Assembly (NCBI GenBank): GCA_043819075.1
Contig: JBDRFE010000068.1
Location: forward strand, 1 to 14,990
Source of the DNA: an archaeon
Lineage (GTDB): Archaea > Iainarchaeota > Iainarchaeia > Iainarchaeales > 1-14-0-10-31-34
DNA: 14,990 nucleotides
Reading direction: 5' to 3'
Part shown: positions 7,955-14,056 of the stretch, in pieces
How the letters are laid out: every line of letters begins with the position of its first letter
Position numbering within the stretch: position 1 is the stretch's first letter
Position numbers and translations under genes: made by a program
The notes under the pieces: generated by a model
What the model saw: only the letters and a program-made list of their open reading frames with translations
The model's database searches: none
Told to the model about the DNA's origin: nothing

Positions 7955-8527
7955 ATGGAAATAAAAAAAATAGATAAAGGCGACAAAACAATAAAATTTT
8001 CTTTGAAAGGAACAAGCCCTGCATTTGTAAACGGAATAAGAAGAATGATCAAGACAAGCGTGAAAACCTTTGCAGTTGACATAGTAAACGTTTACGAAAA
8101 CACTTCAATAATGTTCAATGAAATGCTTGCACACAGAATGGGAATGCTTCCAATCCAGACAGACACAAAAACATACAAGAAAAAAGACAAGGTAACATTA
8201 ATGGTTGAAAAAGAAGGCCCATGCACAGTCTACTCAAAAGACATCAAAAGCACTGACCCAAAAATAGAGGTAACAGACAAAAAAATTCCGATAGTAAAAC
8301 TCGAAAAAGGGCAGAAACTAAAAGTAGAAATGGAAGCAATAGTTGATTCAGGGAAAACCCACAGCAAATGGATTCCCGGAATAATGAGTTACAGTTACAG
8401 CAAAGATGCATTCACAATAAATGTTGAATCATTCGGAGGAATGGAGCCAAAAGAAATACTTGAACAAGCAGCAGAAGAGATGAAAGAAAAAACAGAAGAC
8501 TTAAGAAAAGCTCTAAGCAAAATATAA
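7955..8527 (+). CDS. rpoD: DNA-directed RNA polymerase subunit D (Rpo3), short form
   Basis: Motifs AFVNGIRR, ENTSIMFNEMLAHRMGMLPI, GPCTVYSKD, IPIVKL, GKTHSKW, VESFGGM. Follows rps11. Confidence 0.95.
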   Translation: MEIKKIDKGDKTIKFSLKGTSPAFVNGIRRMIKTSVKTFAVDIVNVYENTSIMFNEMLAHRMGMLPIQTDTKTYKKKDKVTLMVEKEGPCTVYSKDIKSTDPKIEVTDKKIPIVKLEKGQKLKVEMEAIVDSGKTHSKWIPGIMSYSYSKDAFTINVESFGGMEPKEILEQAAEEMKEKTEDLRKALSKI

Positions 8528-8569
8528 TCATGCAGGGGTACCCAAGCGGTCAACGGGGCAGGACTTAAG

Positions 8570-8621
8570 AAAACTTTTTCCAAAAGTTTTATCAAAAACC
8601 GCCTTCGGCTGTTCCAAAAAA
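8570..8621 (+). repeat. Palindromic dispersed repeat copy inside the tRNA intron
   Basis: AAAACTTTT-TCC-AAAAGTTTT ATCAAAAA CCGCCTTCGGCTGTTCC AAAAAA, which is 50/52 identical to 11230-11281. Confidence 0.92.
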
Positions 8622-8665
8622 TTAACTAAAACAGCGCTTTGGGGGTTCCAAAAAAAATTTAAGCA
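8570..8665 (+). other. tRNA intron with a bulge-helix-bulge motif
   Basis: Central 4-bp helix CTTA (8564-8567) pairs with TAAG (8660-8663). The 3-nt bulges are AGA (8568-8570) and CAA (8664-8666). Excision restores the 7-nt loop CTTAAGA. Confidence 0.92.
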
Positions 8666-8763
8666 ATCCTGTGGCTTAGTGCCTTCGAGAGTTCGAATCT
8701 CTCCTCCTGCACTGCCTTTTCCAAAAGGCAAGTTGCTAAAACGCACGGCATAAAGCCGTACTG

Positions 8764-8809
8764 AAAAAGTTTAATCAAAAACAACTTTTAGGAAAAGTTG
8801 TATCAAAAA
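8764..8809 (+). repeat. Palindromic dispersed repeat, about 1.5 units (tRNA-rpl18e spacer)
   Basis: AAAAAGTTTAATCAAAAACAACTTTT-AGG-AAAAGTTGTATCAAAAA is 43/46 identical to 11213-11258 and differs only in the 3-nt loop. Confidence 0.92.
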
Positions 8810-8826
8810 TAAAAAAGTGAAAAAAA

Positions 8827-9183
8827 ATGAAAAGAACAGGACCAACAAAAGAAAAAACAAAAAAAATAATTTCCTTGCTGAAAAAAAACGGAAAAAACAA
8901 AAAAATCTGGAAAGACTTAGCCAACAGAATAGCTGCCCCTAGAAGGAAAAGAGCAAGCATAAACTTGTGGAGACTGGAAACACTCTCAGAACAATTCAAG
9001 GAAAAAACATTAATTGTTCCGGGAAAAGTGCTTGCAAAAGGAAAAATAACCAAAGCAATCAGCGTGGCTGCACTGGAATTCTCAGGCAAAGCAGAAGAAA
9101 AAATAAAAGAAAAAAAAGGGAAAACATTTAATTTAGAGGAAGCAGTAAAAATTAACCCAAAAGAATTAATTATTGTAAAATAA
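8827..9183 (+). CDS. rpl18e: 50S ribosomal protein L18e (eL18)
   Basis: Motifs IWKDLA, PRRKRASINL, IVPGKVLAKG, VAALEFS, AEEKI. Confidence 0.95.
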   Translation: MKRTGPTKEKTKKIISLLKKNGKNKKIWKDLANRIAAPRRKRASINLWRLETLSEQFKEKTLIVPGKVLAKGKITKAISVAALEFSGKAEEKIKEKKGKTFNLEEAVKINPKELIIVK

Positions 9184-9195
9184 CGGTGAAAAAAA

Positions 9196-9615
9196 ATGAT
9201 AATAAACGCAAAAGGGCTTATAATGGGAAGGCTTGCATCAACAGTAAGCGAAAAACTCCTTAAAGGAGAAACAATAACAATAATTAACGCAGAAGAAATA
9301 CTGATTACAGGAAGCAAAGAATTCATTTTAAGCAGGTACAAGAAAAAAAGAGATGCTGAAGTGAAATCAAACCCCAGATATGGCCCAAAGTACCCGAGAA
9401 AACCAGATGCACTGCTAAAAAAAGCAATAACCGGAATGCTTCCGAAAAAAACTAAAAGAGGAAAAGAAGCAGAAAACAAGCTCAAAATATACATTTCAGA
9501 GCCAGCTGAATTAAACAAAGAAAAATTTGTTTCAATAAAAGAAGCAGAAAACAAGACAAACAAAAAAACAGTCAAGTTAGGGGAAATAAGCAAACTTTTG
9601 GGCGCAAAATGGTGA
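9196..9615 (+). CDS. rpl13: 50S ribosomal protein L13 (uL13)
   Basis: Motifs MIINAKGLIMGRLAS, INAEEILITG, GPKYPRKPD, GMLP, LGEISKLLG. GGTGA RBS at 9185-9189. Confidence 0.96.
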   Translation: MIINAKGLIMGRLASTVSEKLLKGETITIINAEEILITGSKEFILSRYKKKRDAEVKSNPRYGPKYPRKPDALLKKAITGMLPKKTKRGKEAENKLKIYISEPAELNKEKFVSIKEAENKTNKKTVKLGEISKLLGAKW

Positions 9616-9619
9616 TTAA

Positions 9620-10201
9620 ATGACAGAAAAAAAAGAAAGCAAAAAAAACGAAATAGACACAATCAAAGAAACCAGAACAGAAAAAGAAGAAAAAAAAGAA
9701 ATGCTTAAAGAAAACAAAACAGAAGAAGAAACAGACGAAACACCCGAAGAAACAGAAACCGCAGGAAAAAAAAACAAGAAAAAAAAAGCAAAAAGAAGCA
9801 AAAAATACGGAATGCTTGTTAAAGCAAAGAAAAAAGAAGCAGTTGCAAGAGCAGTGATAAAAACCGGGAAAGGAAAAATAACAATAAACAAAAGAAGCAT
9901 TGAATTCATTGAACCAGAATACGTAAAACAGCTGATAATGGAGCCAATAATCCTTGCAGAAGACGCATTAAAAGAAACAGACATAAAAATTAATGTAAAC
10001 GGCGGAGGATTCATGGGCCAGGCTGTTGCAGTAAGAAGCGTAATAGCAAAAGCGATAGTTGAATACACTAATGACAAAAAATTAAAAGAAAAAATGCTTA
10101 AATATGACAGATTATTGATTGTAGATGACCACAGAAGGGTTGAACCAAAAAAGCCTTTAGGAAAAAAGGCAAGAAAGAAAAAACAGAGCTCTAAGAGGTG
10201 A
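9620..10201 (+). CDS. rps9: 30S ribosomal protein S9 (uS9) with a roughly 60-aa charged N-terminal extension
   Basis: Motifs KKKEAVARA, GKGKITIN, GGGFMGQAVAVR, YDRLLIVDDHRRVEPKK, ARKKKQSSKR. GGTGA RBS at 9611-9615 supports the long start. Confidence 0.96.
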   Translation: MTEKKESKKNEIDTIKETRTEKEEKKEMLKENKTEEETDETPEETETAGKKNKKKKAKRSKKYGMLVKAKKKEAVARAVIKTGKGKITINKRSIEFIEPEYVKQLIMEPIILAEDALKETDIKINVNGGGFMGQAVAVRSVIAKAIVEYTNDKKLKEKMLKYDRLLIVDDHRRVEPKKPLGKKARKKKQSSKR

Positions 10202-10207
10202 AAAAAA

Positions 10208-10417
10208 ATGATTATTCCAGTCAGATGTTTTTCCTGCGGGAAAGTAGTAGGCGAATACTACGAAGAATTCATTAAAAGAACAACAAAAGGCGAGACACCG
10301 GAAAAAGTAATGGATGATTTAGGAGTAAACAGGTATTGCTGCAGGAGAATGATTTTAAGCCATGTTGATTTAATGGATGACATTGCAAAGTACAGCGTAC
10401 ACGGGGATACAAAATGA
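10208..10417 (+). CDS. rpoN: DNA-directed RNA polymerase subunit N (Rpo10)
   Basis: [12 protein letters not shown] ... [13 protein letters not shown]. Confidence 0.98.
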   Translation: MIIPVRCFSCGKVVGEYYEEFIKRTTKGETPEKVMDDLGVNRYCCRRMILSHVDLMDDIAKYSVHGDTK

Positions 10418-11133
10418 CTGAAACAGTTAACTCTGACACAGAAAAATACCTTAAAACAGGAGCACACATCGGAACAAAATACAAGACCTTTGGAATGAAA
10501 AAATACATTTACAAAAGCAGGGAAGACGGATTAAAAGTAATGGACATCCAGACATTAGACGAAAGAATTAATCTTGCAGCAAAATTAATTGCAGGCTACG
10601 AAAAAGAAAAAGTTGTAGTTGTTTCAAGAAAACTTTACGGCAAAACTCCGATAAAAATGTTTGCAGAAACAACAGGCGCAAAATCACTTTATTCAAGGTT
10701 TATTCCCGGAACATTCACCAACCCGGAAGGAAAAGAATTTCTTGAACCAAGGCTATTAATTGTAACAGAACCAGACACTGACTTTCAGGCAATAAAAGAA
10801 GCAAAAAAATTAAAGATTCCGGTAATAGCATTATGTTCAACAAACAACACAACAAAAGACGTTGACTTGATTATTCCGGTAAACAACAAGGGAAGGAAAA
10901 GCCTTGCATTAGTTTACTGGCTGGTTGCAAAAAAAGTATTGCTTGAAAGAAAAGAAATAAAAAGCGAAAAAGAATTCACTAAAACAGCAGAAGACTTTGA
11001 ATACCAAATAAAAGAAGGCAAAGAAGAATTAATGAAAGAAAAAAGGAACAGTGAATCAAAAAGAAGGCAGACAAGAGGAAGAAGGCCTGACAGCAGGCCG
11101 ACATCTTTCAGAAGAAGCCAGAACAGCTTTTAA
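10414..11133 (+). CDS. rps2: 30S ribosomal protein S2 (uS2)
   Basis: Motifs [57 protein letters not shown]. Arg-rich C-terminal tail. Confidence 0.97.
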   Translation: MTETVNSDTEKYLKTGAHIGTKYKTFGMKKYIYKSREDGLKVMDIQTLDERINLAAKLIAGYEKEKVVVVSRKLYGKTPIKMFAETTGAKSLYSRFIPGTFTNPEGKEFLEPRLLIVTEPDTDFQAIKEAKKLKIPVIALCSTNNTTKDVDLIIPVNNKGRKSLALVYWLVAKKVLLERKEIKSEKEFTKTAEDFEYQIKEGKEELMKEKRNSESKRRQTRGRRPDSRPTSFRRSQNSF

Positions 11134-11202
11134 AAAAAAACCAAAAAAAGCCTGAAAAAAACAGGCTGAAAACTGAAAAAAATGAACAGAAACTCTATTC
11201 TG

Positions 11203-11294
11203 TAAACTTTTAAAAAAGTTTAATCAAAAACAACTTTTTCCAAAAGTTGTATCAAAAACCGCCTTCGGCTGTTCCAAAAAAGTTGTATCAAAAA
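11203..11294 (+). repeat. Palindromic dispersed repeat cluster, about 2.5 units (rps2-MEMO1 spacer)
   Basis: Hairpins at 11203-11222 and 11230-11250. ATCAAAAA tails start at 11223, 11251 and 11287. GC-rich insert CCGCCTTCGGCTGTTCC at 11259-11275. Confidence 0.92.
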
Positions 11295-11324
11295 GGATTT
11301 GCAAAAAAAAAGAAAGGAAAAAAA

Positions 11325-12131
11325 ATGAATAGAAATGCTATCCTAAAAGGAAGCTTTTATCCAAAAGAAAAAAAAGAAATAGAAAAACAATTAAACTCGT
11401 TTTATTCAAAAACAAAAACCACAAAAAAAACTGATTATATAATCGCGCCGCACGCAGGCACAATTTATTCAGGCCAGACAGCAGCATGGTCTTATTCCCT
11501 TCTCAATAAACCAGAAACAGTTGTAATTCTTTCCCCAAACCACACAGGCTATGGGGAAGAAATATCAGTTTATCCTGAAGGTCACTGGGAAACACCTTTA
11601 GGCACAACAACAGTTGACAGCGAAGCAGTGGAAAAAATAACAGAATTTTTTCCTGAAGCAAGAAAAGATGAAATTGCTCATTTACAGGAACATTCAATTG
11701 AAGTCCAGCTGATTTTCTTGCAGTATTTATTCAAGGGCTTCAAAATAGTGCCGATAACTTTAATGACAGAAAACCCGGAAAAACTTGAAAAACTGGCACA
11801 GGCAATAATTTATGCAGAAAAAACAACAGGAAAAAAGTTTACTGTAATTGCTTCAAGCGATTTCACGCACTTTGAACCAGAAGAAAAAGCAAAAGAAAAA
11901 GATTTTAAGGCAATAGAATTAATAAAAAAACTTGATGTAAAAGCCTTCCATGAATTAGTTGAAAAAGAAAGATTAAGCATCTGCGGGCACTCTGCAATAG
12001 AAGTTTTAATGAATTACTGCAAAACAAAAGGCATAAAAAAAGCTGAATTAATTGATTACAGCAATTCAGGAAAAATAACAGGAGACTATTCAAGCGTAGT
12101 TGCATATGCTTCAATAGGATTCTTTAAGTGA
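11325..12131 (+). CDS. amrB: MEMO1 family / AmmeMemoRadiSam system protein B
   Basis: Motifs GSFYP, PHAGTIYSG, SPNHTG, WETPLG, EHSIEVQL, IASSDFTHF, ICG, SVVAYASI. Usual position after rps2. ATG 11325 is preferred over TTG 11247. Confidence 0.92.
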   Translation: MNRNAILKGSFYPKEKKEIEKQLNSFYSKTKTTKKTDYIIAPHAGTIYSGQTAAWSYSLLNKPETVVILSPNHTGYGEEISVYPEGHWETPLGTTTVDSEAVEKITEFFPEARKDEIAHLQEHSIEVQLIFLQYLFKGFKIVPITLMTENPEKLEKLAQAIIYAEKTTGKKFTVIASSDFTHFEPEEKAKEKDFKAIELIKKLDVKAFHELVEKERLSICGHSAIEVLMNYCKTKGIKKAELIDYSNSGKITGDYSSVVAYASIGFFK

Positions 12132-12153
12132 AAAAAATGAAAACTGCTTTTAG

Positions 12154-12167
12154 GAAAGCTTTTATAT
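12154..12167 (+). promoter_or_regulatory. Putative BRE/TATA promoter for the lipoprotein gene
   Basis: GAAAGC followed by TTTTATAT, about 65 nt upstream of ATG 12230. GAGGGG RBS-like sequence at 12216-12221. Confidence 0.45.
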
Positions 12168-12229
12168 GAATTTGGGCTTAATTTAACAATAACTTTTAAT
12201 TTAATAAAAACAAAAGAGGGGAGAATTAA

Positions 12230-12913
12230 ATGAAATTCAAAGGAATAATTGTTTTAAGTTTGTTTTTGATTGTTTTGGGTTCAGGATGCATAATTTCGCC
12301 TGACCCTCCACAGCCAAATATAAAAGAATGCAGTGACATAACAGACATTAACGACAGGGATTTATGTTATATGAAACAGGCAATAGAAAAAAAAGATGCA
12401 ACACAATGCCAGTCAATAACAAACCCTGACATGAAAACAGGATGCCCCACATGGGTAAACGAATATGATGATTACGACAAATGGTACACATATTACTTTG
12501 AAACAATTATTACGCCAGGCATTCCTGGGTGCAACAAAATAGAAGACACAAACGAAAAAGACTTGTGTTACATGAAAGAAGCAATAGAAGAACAAGACAC
12601 AAAATACTGCGAAAAACTGATAAACCCAGACCTGATAGAAGGATGCCCAACATGGGTCAGTGAATACGACAACTATGATAACTGGCACTACGATATTTAC
12701 GAAGCATATGCATGTGTTCCGTCACCAGAAACAGGAAACGCAGACTTATGTTATATGGAGCATGCAATAACCAGCGGGCAAACAAAATACTGTGATTACT
12801 TAGAAAACCCGGACTTAATACAGGGCTGTCCAATATGGGTTAACGAATACGACAAATACTCAGATTGGTTTGAATTTTACATAGAAACATACGCCCCCAT
12901 AGGCAACCCGTAA
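12230..12913 (+). CDS. Hypothetical lipoprotein with three Cys-rich repeats of about 61-67 aa
   Basis: Signal peptide MKFKGIIVLSLFLIVLGSG-C (lipobox-like, Cys20). Three repeats of C-x9-DLCYM-x2-AI-x7-C-x4-NPD-x3-GCP-x-WV-x-EYD-x-Y-x2-W begin at 12329, 12530 and 12713. Confidence 0.88.
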   Translation: MKFKGIIVLSLFLIVLGSGCIISPDPPQPNIKECSDITDINDRDLCYMKQAIEKKDATQCQSITNPDMKTGCPTWVNEYDDYDKWYTYYFETIITPGIPGCNKIEDTNEKDLCYMKEAIEEQDTKYCEKLINPDLIEGCPTWVSEYDNYDNWHYDIYEAYACVPSPETGNADLCYMEHAITSGQTKYCDYLENPDLIQGCPIWVNEYDKYSDWFEFYIETYAPIGNP

Positions 12914-12965
12914 AAAAAACAAAAACAATTTAATAGAATAATGAAGTAGTTATATTTAGGTTTAA

Positions 12966-13997
12966 ATGAAAACAGGAAAAAGAAAAGATTCACATATAGA
13001 AACTGCAATGAAAAAAGAATCGCAGTACAAAAAAACAACTTTGCTGGAAGAAGTCGAACTTATACATAATGCGCTGTGCGATTTTGAATTAAGCGACATA
13101 AATTTTTCAACAAAATTTTTTGGGAAAAAATTTTCTTTCCCTTTATCAGTAAGGCCTATTACAGGCGGAACAGAAAAATCTTTTTCATTCAACAAAAACA
13201 TTGCATTAGCATGTGAAACAAAAAACATTGGCTTTTCTTTAGGGTCAATGAGAGTTGCATTAGAAAAACAAAGCAAAAAAAAATTCTTTAAATTCAGAAA
13301 ATACTGCCCTACAGTTTTCTTGGAAGGAAATATTGGTGCATTACAGCTGAAAAATTATTCAACACAACAAATAGATGACCTTGCAGCAGAAATAGAAGCT
13401 GATGCTGTTTCAGTTCACTTGAATGCAGCACAAGAATTAATGCAAAACCCAAAAACAACAGGCTTTTCCAATCAATTTGAAAACATTAAAAGATTTGCAG
13501 AAGAAAGCTCTTTTCCAACAATAGTAAAAGAAGTAGGCAACGGGGTTTCATTTGAAACAGCAAAAAAACTGGATAAAACAAAAATAAAAGCAATTGATGT
13601 AGCAGGAAAAGGAGGAACATCTTTTGTAAAAGTTGATTCACAGCTATATAACAGGAAAAGATTAGGAGAAATATTCGGCGAGTTTGGAGTGCCGACAGCA
13701 GCAAGCATTTTATTGGTTAAAAAAGCTTCAAACAAGCAAATCATTGCCTCTGGAGGAATCAGGACCGGATTAGATATTGCCAAAAGCATTGCATTAGGCG
13801 CTGATTTAGCCGGAATAGCGGCAACAGCTTTAATTGAAGCAAAAAAAGGCGAAAAACAAGTTGAAAACTTAATTGAAACCCTTAAACAAGAAACAAGGAT
13901 TTCAATGTTTTTGGCTGGAGCAAAAAACCTCAAAGAATTAAAAAACAAAAAAACAGTCCTCCAAGACAATTTACTCGAATGGAACAAAAAAACCTAA
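12966..13997 (+). CDS. fni: Type 2 isopentenyl-diphosphate delta-isomerase (FMN-dependent IDI-2)
   Basis: Motifs RKDSHI, ITGG, GSMR, GNIG, HLNAAQE, IVKEVGNG, DVAGKGGTSF, ASGGIRTGLDIAKSIALGAD. Confidence 0.95.
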   Translation: MKTGKRKDSHIETAMKKESQYKKTTLLEEVELIHNALCDFELSDINFSTKFFGKKFSFPLSVRPITGGTEKSFSFNKNIALACETKNIGFSLGSMRVALEKQSKKKFFKFRKYCPTVFLEGNIGALQLKNYSTQQIDDLAAEIEADAVSVHLNAAQELMQNPKTTGFSNQFENIKRFAEESSFPTIVKEVGNGVSFETAKKLDKTKIKAIDVAGKGGTSFVKVDSQLYNRKRLGEIFGEFGVPTAASILLVKKASNKQIIASGGIRTGLDIAKSIALGADLAGIAATALIEAKKGEKQVENLIETLKQETRISMFLAGAKNLKELKNKKTVLQDNLLEWNKKT

Positions 13998-14015
13998 TTA
14001 ATTAACTGTAAGGAG

Positions 14016-14028
14016 TAAATTTATATAA
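14016..14028 (+). promoter_or_regulatory. Putative TATA box for trmB
   Basis: TTTATATA at 14020-14027, about 30 nt upstream of ATG 14057, consistent with a near-leaderless transcript. Confidence 0.55.
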
Positions 14029-14056
14029 TGGTTTGTGCATTCATTACTTGATTTTA

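Larger units (their letters stand above)
8532..8711 (+). tRNA. tRNA-Leu(TAA) with a 96-nt intron at canonical position 37/38
   Basis: Acceptor stem GCAGGGG (8532-8538) pairs with CTCCTGC (8704-8710); discriminator A at 8711. Anticodon stem CAGGA/TCCTG; loop CT-TAA-G (8564-8569) plus A8666. Long variable arm GGC-TTAGT-GCC; T-arm GAGAG-TTCGAAT-CTCTC. No encoded CCA. A tRNA-Leu before rpl18e is a known archaeal arrangement. Confidence 0.95.

Noticed and set aside
8570..8665. Intron as a C/D box guide RNA or an endonuclease-encoding intron
   Set aside because: No box C (RTGATGA) or box D (CTGA) is visible in the intron, and 96 nt is too short to encode a protein.
8528..8746. 72-aa minus-strand ORF
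   Set aside because: It is antisense to the tRNA-Leu gene and its intron, and has no recognisable protein features.
10208..10417. rpoN as sigma-54 (and rpoD as sigma-70)
   Set aside because: This is only a name clash. The sequences are archaeal RNA polymerase subunits Rpo10 and Rpo3, not bacterial sigma factors.
11203..11294. Possible mini CRISPR array (palindromic repeats of about 28 bp)
   Set aside because: The units abut each other with no unique 30-40 nt spacers, the one insert recurs elsewhere, copies are dispersed, and there are no cas genes in the window.
11247..11324. 26-aa N-terminal extension of MEMO1 from TTG 11247
   Set aside because: It is translated repeat DNA. Family similarity starts at ATG 11325 (MNRNAILKGSFYP).
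12146..12159. GCTTT-TAGG-AAAGC as another copy of the repeat
   Set aside because: It has only a 5-bp stem and no ATCAAAAA tail, and is equally explained as the BRE side of a promoter.
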